A DNA stretch of 50,647 nucleotides, taken from a virus. Its lineage: Duplodnaviria; Caudoviricetes. Of this stretch, positions 8,957 through 16,533 are shown piece after piece. The notes beneath the pieces are model-generated. The model did no database searches, was not told where the DNA came from, and saw nothing but the letters and a program-made list of their open reading frames with translations. Both the position numbers and the translations under genes were made by a program. The stretch lies in IMG/VR virus record IMGVR_UViG_3300050138_000100, positions 1 to 50,647 of that record, one strand, 5' to 3'. The stretch's first letter is position 1, and every line of letters starts with the position of its first letter.

Positions 8957-9032
8957 TGGCTGCGGACAAAGGATTCGAACCTAAGCTTTCTCTGGTTAGA
9001 CCAGAGCGTCCTACCAACTAGACGATTCCGCA
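8957..9032 (-). tRNA. tRNA with CUA anticodon (amber suppressor-like, Gln-type identity elements)
   Basis: 76 nt TGCGGAATCGTCTAGTTGGTAGGACGCTCTGGTCTAACCAGAGAAAGCTTAGGTTCGAATCCTTTGTCCGCAGCCA: D arm GTCT/GGAC, anticodon stem CTCTG/CAGAG, loop GT-CTA-AC, T loop TTCGAAT, encoded CCA; mismatches in the T stem and at 7:66. Confidence 0.8.
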
Positions 9033-9060
9033 ATGTGCGGCGAGGGAACACCGCTGTTAT

Positions 9061-9090
9061 ATTATAGCTCATCTTACTGTGACCTGTCAG
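9061..9090 (-). promoter_or_regulatory. sigma70-like promoter for the tRNA/modification operon
   Basis: CTGACA-18-TATAAT about 30 nt upstream of the tRNA. Confidence 0.55.
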
Positions 9091-9263
9091 CGATCAATAA
9101 CCCGATGATGAACGACAAAACTAGGGCTTTTTTCATACGGCTCCTTTCTGGTTACTAAAATCTCTATGCTCTTACCGAGCTCAATCGGTCGGCTGATCGG
9201 GTGGCGCACCAGTATAGCAAAGCCAAAGCACCACTGTAAAAATCTGTTCTCGAAAACGCCCAT

Positions 9264-9827
9264 TCAGTGCGCCCACTTCGGGTTATGCGGTGGCTTCAAC
9301 GGCTCAACGTCTAACAGCGTAGCCTGTTCGGGTCCGACCGGCTTTGGTGGCTTTGGTGGCTTCGTGTGGACCGGCGGCTTCTCGATTCGTTGATCTGGTT
9401 CGGTCTGCACGATCGACGTCCCGTTCCATAAAATATGCGTCATCGTCATGCGGCGCTTCAAAAACTCCGGCGCTAACATCGACTTCCTGTGACAATCGTC
9501 CGGCTTGCCCTCGCTGCACATTAACGCTATCTGCTCGCCGTTTTGTGCACGCTCGAAAAACTCGTCAATCGTTTCGTCAAAATCGACGTTCCGGCCCAGG
9601 CCGCCCACGTTCTTCCCTCGCAGCTCGTAGCGCATGTCTGCCGCGTCGCAAGCTTCCTGAATGGGGTGAGTATTGAACTGCGGGTGCCAGCGGCTTCCCG
9701 GGCTCGTACGCACGTCGATTAACGTATCAATATTGAATTGTTGCAGCAGCTCGATCAACGCTTCGAGCGGCTTATTGCTATGACCGATTGAAAATATGGT
9801 TGTTTCTGGCACTCGCGCTGTCTCCAT
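9264..9827 (-). CDS. DUF488 family protein
   Basis: IFSIGHSN...LIDVRTSPGSR...PQFN...ALMCSEGKPDDCHR signature; alternative start GTG 9812 after GGAGACAGCG. Confidence 0.85.
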   Translation of the reverse strand: METARVPETTIFSIGHSNKPLEALIELLQQFNIDTLIDVRTSPGSRWHPQFNTHPIQEACDAADMRYELRGKNVGGLGRNVDFDETIDEFFERAQNGEQIALMCSEGKPDDCHRKSMLAPEFLKRRMTMTHILWNGTSIVQTEPDQRIEKPPVHTKPPKPPKPVGPEQATLLDVEPLKPPHNPKWAH

Positions 9828-9840
9828 TTAGTGTAGTTAT

Positions 9841-9869
9841 ATTGTAGCAAAAAAATCACTGTTTTGCAA
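9841..9869 (-). promoter_or_regulatory. sigma70-like promoter
   Basis: TTGCAA-17-TACAAT. Confidence 0.65.
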
Positions 9870-9885
9870 GCTTATTACCCCGGTT

Positions 9886-10095
9886 TCAAGCCTCGACTAA
9901 TACGGATTTATGTTTTTGGTTTTTGTCCGGCTGCCGAGACGCTGCTTTGTGAGAGCCCGGCCCTTTGCCATTTGCGCTAGAATTACTTGTGCTACGCGTC
10001 CGATTGCCATTGTCAGGCTCCTTTAGCTTTTTAGGCTGCTTAACTATTTCGCCTCTCAGTATGAACGTCCTGCGTCCAATAATCAATCCTAACAT
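9886..10095 (-). CDS. small basic hypothetical protein
   Basis: GAGGAGACAGC-ATA-ATG start. Confidence 0.5.
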   Translation of the reverse strand: MLGLIIGRRTFILRGEIVKQPKKLKEPDNGNRTRSTSNSSANGKGPGSHKAASRQPDKNQKHKSVLVEA

Positions 10096-10373
10096 TATGC
10101 TGTCTCCTCTACATTATAGTTATCGCTGACCGTTGCCGGTCGGCTTGTTATTGCACTGCCTACTTTTTTAACCTTTGCCGCGACCTTGCTGATGATCGGC
10201 CACAAACAGGTCGTTATTATTAAAAACGCGCCGACGCCGCCGGTCCAATAGAACGCGGTGTACTGCCCGTGCGACAGCATACCGAACGCTGAGTAAATAG
10301 CGTAAATGCCGGCCAGTAGCACGGCCATCACGAAATACTCCCGGCCGCTGTTTTTGCTTTTGATATTTCCCAC
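10095..10373 (-). CDS. two-TM membrane protein
   Basis: Two hydrophobic helices. Confidence 0.6.
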   Translation of the reverse strand: MGNIKSKNSGREYFVMAVLLAGIYAIYSAFGMLSHGQYTAFYWTGGVGAFLIITTCLWPIISKVAAKVKKVGSAITSRPATVSDNYNVEETA

Positions 10374-10777
10374 GTCGTCTCGTCTCCCAGCTGCTCCTCA
10401 GCCACGAACTTTAGTAACTGCTTGCGCATTGAGCAAAGAATACCATAAGCTTCGGATTCGTAGTAGTCGTCACGCTCGCACGACTGGTACTCCAGGCAGT
10501 CGATCGCGCCGGCTATTTCAGCGATCTTATAGCTCTGATGAGCGCTTTCAATAAACCGGAACTGATATCGCTCGTCACCGTTCGCTTCGTTGTAGCGGTT
10601 GTCGACGCTGCGCACGTTCTCGCGGTGCAAGGCATAGGCCACAGCAGCAGCGTTGTCACGCGTCAAATATATATATTCGTCGTTGACTTTGCACCAAAGT
10701 TTCTGGCTATCGAGCCAGCGGACAAAATAACTGACCAGGACGTTCAGGTGGTCGTCGCTTACCAGATAGGCGCTCAT
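10328..10777 (-). CDS. hypothetical phage protein
   Basis: MSAYLVSDDHL...ENVRSVDNRY...DCLEYQSCE pattern. Confidence 0.7.
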   Translation of the reverse strand: MSAYLVSDDHLNVLVSYFVRWLDSQKLWCKVNDEYIYLTRDNAAAVAYALHRENVRSVDNRYNEANGDERYQFRFIESAHQSYKIAEIAGAIDCLEYQSCERDDYYESEAYGILCSMRKQLLKFVAEEQLGDETTWEISKAKTAAGSIS

Positions 10778-10998
10778 GCGTTATTTACCGTGACCTTTAG
10801 CTTTTTAATCAAGCCTACAACGTCGGCCGTGGCTTGATATTCATCGTACAATTTGGCAATTTCGCCATCGTCACGACTGTTCAACCGGCTAATAGCCTGC
10901 ACCTTGCTCCAATTAGAAGCCTTGTTGGTTTCGTAAATTACGTTCGTTAGCTCGACTACTCTTTTAAGTGTCATCTGCGTGTAGGTTGCTTCGTTCAT
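10774..10998 (-). CDS. hypothetical protein
   Basis: GGAGACAACG-AA-ATG start. Confidence 0.65.
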   Translation of the reverse strand: MNEATYTQMTLKRVVELTNVIYETNKASNWSKVQAISRLNSRDDGEIAKLYDEYQATADVVGLIKKLKVTVNNA

Positions 10999-11032
10999 TT
11001 CGTTGTCTCCATTGTTCTTATGTTTATGTAAT

Positions 11033-11088
11033 TATCATAGCAGCTACACAGTTTTGTGTCAAGTAGATTATCAGGGGTCTGTGGACAA
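11033..11088 (-). promoter_or_regulatory. strong sigma70 promoter with upstream GACCCCTGAT motif and DnaA-box-like TTGTCCACA
   Basis: TTGACA-17-TATGAT; TTGTCCACA at 11080-11088. Confidence 0.75.
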
Positions 11089-11089
11089 T

Positions 11090-11719
11090 TCACGTGCCGT
11101 AATACTTAATCCACTCCAGCGTCACGAAAAGCCGTTCGCAGCGGACCCGTAACCAGTCGCGAATCATCATCAGATCGGCAACCCGAATCGGCACTATGAC
11201 CTTCGCGTAGCCCATAATTTTCTTGTAGTCGTGGTCCCAAAACTCAATCAGGTACACAGCCTTGTCGACCCGAATCCCGTGCGCGTACATCTGGTATGCG
11301 TACACCAGGTGCTGCTTACTCGCCCGGTAATGCTTGACGGTAGTCTCGTAGTCAGATATCGACGTTTTGTAGTCCACGATCGTAGCCTCGGGCTTGCTGA
11401 AAACGTCCGGCCGGCTGTGCAGCACCACGCCTTCGAATATTTCGGTCGCAAACTCGCGCTCGATGTACGTTGCCGGCACTTGGTACTCGCAGGGAAACTC
11501 CTTAAACACCTCTGGCGTGACGCCTGTGTTTTCAGCTTCTTCCTGCCACATCTCGTGCCGCATTGTCCCGAAGTTCATGGGGCCGCCGGTCGGCCGGTAG
11601 CGCTCGGTGATACCTAAATATTCGAGCGCTACCTTATCGACTGAGCCAGGCGTACAGCGGGTCAGGTCCGTATATCTGGTGTGAACCTTGCCGTCATTCT
11701 CCTTCTTGTAATCGGCCAT
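11090..11719 (-). CDS. PD-(D/E)xK exonuclease (RecB/Cas4-like)
   Basis: GTMRHE...E...SRPD...IVDYKT...QHLVYAY motifs; adjacent to a recombinase. Confidence 0.8.
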   Translation of the reverse strand: MADYKKENDGKVHTRYTDLTRCTPGSVDKVALEYLGITERYRPTGGPMNFGTMRHEMWQEEAENTGVTPEVFKEFPCEYQVPATYIEREFATEIFEGVVLHSRPDVFSKPEATIVDYKTSISDYETTVKHYRASKQHLVYAYQMYAHGIRVDKAVYLIEFWDHDYKKIMGYAKVIVPIRVADLMMIRDWLRVRCERLFVTLEWIKYYGT

Positions 11720-12488
11720 CGTCGTCTAAACTTTCACGCGTCAGCGCTTCGTTCTTGGCTTCCAGCTTCGTGCCGGCGCGGGCCCGGGCAGCCAGGGCGG
11801 CCTGGATATCGTTCTTGGTGTGCTCGGTAACAGTCTCGCCGTCAATAAACTTGCGGGCGTCCATCTCCTCACGCACGTACACGCCGCTCACTGAAAATGC
11901 CCGACGCAATGCGTGCGCTTCGGCGACTTTGGCGATCATCGTCTTCGGCTTGCTCCACCACAGCGGCTTCTTCGACTTTTCGGTTTCAGGCGGCTGGTAT
12001 TCCTTGAACGCTACCTCTGAGTACACAGCCCTCGGAAACGACTTATTCCAAACCTTCGCCCAGCCGTACGTCTCCCACTCGCCATCTTCGGGGTCTGACT
12101 TTTTAATCGTTCCGCTCTCGATACCACCGAACATGCCTGATCGGTGTGCAACGCCAAGCAACCCGTCGCGTGTCGTGATATACACAACCGTCCGCTTATC
12201 GGGGTCGTCCTTGCTGTACACGACTGGCACGAGCTCGCCCACTACCGGGTCGAGACCAAACTTGCGGGCCCGGTATAAAAATACCGCGAACTCGTCGTCC
12301 GTCAGCCCTTTGGCGATCTGCTTGCGCATGAGCTGTTTCTGCGTCTCGCTGAACTCGGGAGCGTTTAGCCACCCCTTCGTCGTTCTTTTCTCTCGGCGGA
12401 TTAAGGCTTTGCGCTGCTTGTCACTCTGCTCTGGCAGTGTGCCGGCGGCGCTATTGGCCTCGTCCTCTTGTGCTTCGTCTTCTGACAT
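11694..12488 (-). CDS. bet: Bet/RecT-family single-strand annealing recombinase
   Basis: TDDEFAVFL...GLDP...RDG...AHRSG...W..KPKTMIAKVAEAHALRRAF..SGVY..EEM; start ATG 12488 after AAGGAG. Confidence 0.85.
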   Translation of the reverse strand: MSEDEAQEDEANSAAGTLPEQSDKQRKALIRREKRTTKGWLNAPEFSETQKQLMRKQIAKGLTDDEFAVFLYRARKFGLDPVVGELVPVVYSKDDPDKRTVVYITTRDGLLGVAHRSGMFGGIESGTIKKSDPEDGEWETYGWAKVWNKSFPRAVYSEVAFKEYQPPETEKSKKPLWWSKPKTMIAKVAEAHALRRAFSVSGVYVREEMDARKFIDGETVTEHTKNDIQAALAARARAGTKLEAKNEALTRESLDDDGRLQEGE

Positions 12489-12505
12489 AGCACTCCTTTC
12501 GATTA

Positions 12506-12703
12506 TGATCAAAAACTAAACCAGCACACGTCGGAGCGGAAGGGCTCACTTGACGTTCGGCTCACTCGGGGTTTACGAGAATGTGGGGTTCCTTGCGGAA
12601 ACCTTACCAATCCTTAACGCCCATGCCGGCCTAGTCACTGATCGCTTGTTAAAGTACCTGCTGCTAAGCAGGCTACCGGCGAGCATGTTTGCCTACTCGC
12701 CAG
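12506..12703 (-). ncRNA. candidate structured RNA in the bet leader
   Basis: Two hairpins, a boxA-like GTACTTTAACAA, then a 13-bp stem enclosing three hairpins, one with a GCAA tetraloop. Confidence 0.5.
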
Positions 12704-12711
12704 AAGTCTAC

Positions 12712-12966
12712 CTATAACTGCAACTCTCCGCCGTTCCAGCCGTCACCCTCTATGTTGACAGCGCCGCAGCCATCGCACACGTCGGCCGGGCGGACAGAAT
12801 CAAGCCAGTCCATCTCGCCGTTGCGGTCCAGGCCGACGCCGCCAAAATCAATATCCTCGTTGTGCGTGCTGGCGTGGTTGCAGTCGATTAGCGTGCCGTC
12901 TTCGTAGGTCCTGACGATGACGCCTTCGTCGTACGTGAATTGCTGTTTTACTTCGATTGTTTTCAT
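12712..12966 (-). CDS. acidic, possibly Zn-binding hypothetical protein
   Basis: CNH...CDGC; GGAGACAACG start. Confidence 0.65.
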   Translation of the reverse strand: MKTIEVKQQFTYDEGVIVRTYEDGTLIDCNHASTHNEDIDFGGVGLDRNGEMDWLDSVRPADVCDGCGAVNIEGDGWNGGELQL

Positions 12967-12995
12967 AGCGTTGTCTCCATTAATACTATAGTCTT

Positions 12996-13024
12996 ATAGT
13001 ATCAAGCGTACCCCTGTTTGTCAA
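12996..13024 (-). promoter_or_regulatory. sigma70 promoter with CAGGGGTAC in the spacer
   Basis: TTGACA-17-TACTAT. Confidence 0.7.
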
Positions 13025-13254
13025 GGGGATTTTGGTTTATTTGGGCTACCGGCCCGGCTGCTCAATCGCCCGCCTTTTGCACCGGCAATTTTAGCCAACT
13101 CGCGGTTAACTGCGAATCCGTGCGGCCGGCGGTTCTCGCGGGCCTCGGGCGACCATGCTTTTTGCCCTAGCTTCACGTAAAAATCAGCCCCGTAAGTATC
13201 TTTGATTTCCTGCGCGGCCAATAATCCGCCTTCTCTACTTCCTGCCATTGTCAA
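13021..13254 (-). CDS. KGG-repeat stress-induced-like protein
   Basis: MAGSREGG...DFYVKLGQK...GFAVNRELAKIAGAKGGRLSSR. Confidence 0.75.
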   Translation of the reverse strand: MTMAGSREGGLLAAQEIKDTYGADFYVKLGQKAWSPEARENRRPHGFAVNRELAKIAGAKGGRLSSRAGSPNKPKSP

Positions 13255-13553
13255 TCTCCTTCGGTTATTTTAATTTCGCCCTTAGCCTTTTCAATGTCGG
13301 CGGCCGCGCCGACGGGGTCGAACTTGTACTGGTCCTTCTCGGCAATCTTGCCCTCGCTGACCAGTCGGTGGTATTCGCCGATCATAAACTTCAACCCGCC
13401 GCCTAGTTCGGCCGTCGTGCCTATGACGTCTTCCGTCGGCATACCGAGCGTCTTGAAATGCGTCGCGATGATCGCCAGAAAATCCGACATGTAGTACCTA
13501 AGCTCCTCGATATTCTCCGGGCGGCCCGCTGGGTTTGCCTGCTTGTCTGCCAT
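13251..13553 (-). CDS. hypothetical protein
   Basis: AAGGAGAC RBS, ATG 13553. Confidence 0.6.
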   Translation of the reverse strand: MADKQANPAGRPENIEELRYYMSDFLAIIATHFKTLGMPTEDVIGTTAELGGGLKFMIGEYHRLVSEGKIAEKDQYKFDPVGAAADIEKAKGEIKITEGD

Positions 13554-13753
13554 TAAAACAGTCTCCTTTGCCCGCGTATCTGTTCGAGATACACGCACTT
13601 AAACTTTTTACTTCGACGCATAATTTCATACCTAGCAATCACGGCGACACTGTGGTCGCTGAACGTAACCAGGCGGACCTGTTCTTCGTCAAGCAGCACT
13701 TCCGGCAGTATCGAGCCTTCGATTTCTACCTTCGTCCACTTACGCTTGCTCAT
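13553..13753 (-). CDS. hypothetical protein
   Basis: TAATG-coupled ORF. Confidence 0.55.
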   Translation of the reverse strand: MSKRKWTKVEIEGSILPEVLLDEEQVRLVTFSDHSVAVIARYEIMRRSKKFKCVYLEQIRGQRRLF

Positions 13754-14169
13754 TAGCGCCTGGTTACTTTGCGCCAGACCTGATCAAATGCGTCTTCGAC
13801 TACGTCCCAAAACTTGTCGACCCGGGTTTTGCCGGTCAGCCTGCCTTCCGCAACCCTGTCCCTGGCTCCTTCGGCTTCCATATAGCTAGGCCTGGCGGCG
13901 TCGAGCTTGGTGTCGTGAGTATTCACAAACCTAGCGACGTGGTCGTCGAGCTTGGCTATCATCGCCTCGCTGTTAGCTAGGCGTGTGTGTACGGAGCCGC
14001 CGATGGCGTACACTCGGTACTTGTTCGTGATAGGCCCGTACTTTAACTGATTAGGCTTACCTAACCTGTTAAACCAGGTTAGCGTTTTGTGATATGCGTC
14101 TTGCAGCTCTGACGCGACGACCGGGCGGCTGAACCCGCCGTTGCTCATTGCAAACTTGTACTTTGCCAT
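13753..14169 (-). CDS. hypothetical protein
   Basis: Promoter TTGCAT-17-TACAAT and GGAGACAACG-CT-ATG. Confidence 0.7.
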   Translation of the reverse strand: MAKYKFAMSNGGFSRPVVASELQDAYHKTLTWFNRLGKPNQLKYGPITNKYRVYAIGGSVHTRLANSEAMIAKLDDHVARFVNTHDTKLDAARPSYMEAEGARDRVAEGRLTGKTRVDKFWDVVEDAFDQVWRKVTRR

Positions 14170-14239
14170 AGCGTTGTCTCCGTTTACTGTTAGTGCTTAT
14201 ATTGTAGCTTAAACGGTAACGGTATGCAAATTATAAACG

Positions 14240-14302
14240 GCCGATCGTTTCGCCTCTGGAGACAACGACTTAAAAAGAGGTTGAAAGGCAGCCACGATCG
14301 GC
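14240..14302 (-). ncRNA. hairpin RNA candidate displaying the complement of the GGAGACAACG start motif in its loop
   Basis: Outer stem GCCGATCGT/ACGATCGGC, inner stem CCTCT/AGAGG, 18-nt loop (minus strand TTTTAAGTCGTTGTCTCC). Confidence 0.6.
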
Positions 14303-14303
14303 A

Positions 14304-14852
14304 CTATCCTATTTTACCATTAAGCTCCGACTTATTAACCAACCAGAGTAGTATTCTCGTCAGCTCGTCCGACTTATCTTCACGCATATCGGTAATTGTC
14401 CTATACCAGGACCCGCCGAAAACCAGCTCGAACAGCGCCGGCTGCCAGCGGCCTTTATCGGCGTGTACTACCGGCACGTGCACCGCGTCGCATAGGCAAA
14501 TCAGATTCCACTGCTCGTTGCACTCATGCTCGGACAGGTAAATGATATGGTGGGCGTGCCGGCGGATTCCACAGACGTGCGGGACCACGCCTACTAACTG
14601 GCAGACGTAATTTACGCGCTGTTTGCACTCAAGCTTGGCTGCGGTTCGCTCGGCTGGCTCGGCCGGTTTGCGATGAAGTCGCGGATTAGCGGTTCGCGGT
14701 TTCGCATGGGCTGCGTACCTTTTGGTTGCAGCGCCTTTGCGAGCGCAAGCAGGAGAGCAATAGCGATCGGTTGACCGATACGGCCGAAATTCATTCGGGC
14801 ACTCCCTACATTTTTTTAATTTAACTTGCGGTGTCTCCATAAATGTTTTCAC
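14304..14852 (-). CDS. HNH endonuclease with N-terminal Cys cluster (NinG-like architecture)
   Basis: CRECP...YCSPAC; CQL...HAHHIIY...NEQWNLICLCDAVH. Confidence 0.75.
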   Translation of the reverse strand: MKTFMETPQVKLKKCRECPNEFRPYRSTDRYCSPACARKGAATKRYAAHAKPRTANPRLHRKPAEPAERTAAKLECKQRVNYVCQLVGVVPHVCGIRRHAHHIIYLSEHECNEQWNLICLCDAVHVPVVHADKGRWQPALFELVFGGSWYRTITDMREDKSDELTRILLWLVNKSELNGKIG

Positions 14853-14897
14853 CTATCTGAACATTAGCATATTACAAACTCCGGTACAATGTGATTT

Positions 14898-15107
14898 TTA
14901 TTCGGCGGGTTCAATCGGCACAAGCTCAACCATCGTATCGAGCAAACTGTCGATAATCGCCATCGACTTCTCGGCGCCATGCTGGTCGGCGATATCCTTC
15001 GCTGCTATCCAAGTCCAGCGTTCAGCTTCAATCGCGTTAATAATTACTTCGCGGCCGTCGTCAACCTCAACCATTTTGTATGCTCTCCGGCAGCTCCACG
15101 CCTTCAC
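14898..15107 (-). CDS. hypothetical protein
   Basis: ORF in operon; start uncertain. Confidence 0.5.
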   Translation of the reverse strand: MKAWSCRRAYKMVEVDDGREVIINAIEAERWTWIAAKDIADQHGAEKSMAIIDSLLDTMVELVPIEPAE

Positions 15108-15258
15108 CGACGTGATAAGCCGGAGTGCTCCACTCGCTGCTGACTATCGTGCAACCGAACTCGCCGAGCTTCTGCACGTGTTCCGGCTCCGCCTGGCGGC
15201 GCATGGCTTCTTCGGCTTCCTGCTCCTTTAACTCTTTAGCACGATTGTAGGGTTTCAT
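15067..15258 (-). CDS. hypothetical protein
   Basis: ORF in operon. Confidence 0.5.
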   Translation of the reverse strand: MKPYNRAKELKEQEAEEAMRRQAEPEHVQKLGEFGCTIVSSEWSTPAYHVGEGVELPESIQNG

Positions 15259-15530
15259 ACAACCATTTTATCACGGCGGCACAATCCCGCCTTTCCCCTG
15301 CTAGGCTTTGGTGAAGTTGAAAACTATTATCTGTAGCGTTTGAGCGACTTAACCCGATTTAGCTTCCCCAACCATACGGCCGTCTCGTGGTGTCGTTGCG
15401 TGTGCTCTGCAGATGGCCCGGGTGACGTAGCAGGCGGTCGTAGTATCAGAGCCGGGACTAAAGCACAGCACGCGATCATTACGTCTTTGTTGTCAGGAGA
15501 TCGTACAACTCCTTTTTGCTACCGATATAT

Positions 15531-15619
15531 TTGCAAAAGTAAACAAGCCGTGATAAACTGAAAGCTCAGTCACGTTTCGTAATTTAAGAACTTCGCGTCA
15601 ACGAGGTTCTTTTTCTTTT
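15531..15619 (+). ncRNA. candidate ~55-nt antisense RNA (interval includes its promoter and terminator)
   Basis: Plus-strand TTGCAA-17-TAAACT (15531-15559); terminator stem AAGAACTTCG/CGAGGTTCTT followed by T-rich run. Confidence 0.55.
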
Positions 15620-15691
15620 ACGCCTGTTATAAAACAGTCACGTTCCATAATCAGGTCATTCAATATTAGCACAAGCTGCCCCAGCGGCAAG

Positions 15692-16171
15692 TTAGATTAC
15701 GTTGTTCTGGTTATACTTCGCGTACTGGGCCTGCGTGTCGAGCTGCTTTTCGATCAGCGTGGCCTGCTTACGGACGCTGGTAAACATGTCGTCAAAATAT
15801 CCCCATATCACCTTCGCGGCTTCGTGATCTGCCCTGGCTTGAATTAACGCCATCTCTGCCTCGATAACTTCCTTCTGTTCGAGCACCCAGGCTTTGCGGT
15901 CGGCGTCGCTTGATAACTCCAACACTTCTTTTTTAGCGACCGCGATCATCTGCTGCTTCGCCATTACCCGTTTCAGATCGAACTCGGCCTGCTGCAACTT
16001 GCTACGGCTGCTATGCACGAGTTTTGACGCCTCTACTTTCTGTCGAGGTAATCTCGTTAGTTGAAACGTGATTTGCGCCTGAGACAGGCCCTGCGTAGCT
16101 TTAACGACCTGTTTGATCGTGCTTATACTGCTCTGAATATCCAGCGGCTTGTTGCGCTTCTTGTCTGCCAT
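15692..16171 (-). CDS. coiled-coil hypothetical protein
   Basis: GGAGACAACG-CA-ATG start; helical heptads. Confidence 0.7.
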   Translation of the reverse strand: MADKKRNKPLDIQSSISTIKQVVKATQGLSQAQITFQLTRLPRQKVEASKLVHSSRSKLQQAEFDLKRVMAKQQMIAVAKKEVLELSSDADRKAWVLEQKEVIEAEMALIQARADHEAAKVIWGYFDDMFTSVRKQATLIEKQLDTQAQYAKYNQNNVI

Positions 16172-16192
16172 TGCGTTGTCTCCTTGAGCTGG

Positions 16193-16498
16193 CTAGGCTT
16201 TTTGCTGCTGCACTATAGCAGCGACTTCGGCGTCAGTCTTCAACACGTCCATCGGGTAGGACCGGTTGCTGCCATCGTAGCCGATAACAGTCGCTTCTGC
16301 GCTGTCGGCTGAAACAGCAATGACTTCCGAGCGCCGGTAGCCGCTTTCGCTCTCCGCGTGCTTATAACTCGCGTAGTCGCCAACCTTGAACTTGGCGCTG
16401 CCAGCCTGATTGCTCGGTTCGTCGTTCTTGCCTTCGTCCGAGTAATTTGCGCCAGTACCTGGCTTCGGGTCTTTGTTGTCTTGGCTATCGTCGCGCAT
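16193..16498 (-). CDS. hypothetical protein, possible SH3-like beta domain
   Basis: GGAGACGAC RBS; KFKVGDYASY...EVIAV. Confidence 0.6.
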   Translation of the reverse strand: MRDDSQDNKDPKPGTGANYSDEGKNDEPSNQAGSAKFKVGDYASYKHAESESGYRRSEVIAVSADSAEATVIGYDGSNRSYPMDVLKTDAEVAAIVQQQKA

Positions 16499-16533
16499 AA
16501 TGTCGTCTCCTTGCTTAATCAATAACTCTTAGC

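Noticed and set aside
8943-9017. N-terminal extension of ORF 7506..9017
   Set aside because: It overlaps the tRNA; the RBS motif points to ATG 8942.
11090-11719. Cas4-like nuclease as part of a CRISPR system
   Set aside because: No repeat-spacer array or other cas genes, and no Fe-S cysteine cluster; linkage to bet fits a recombination exonuclease.
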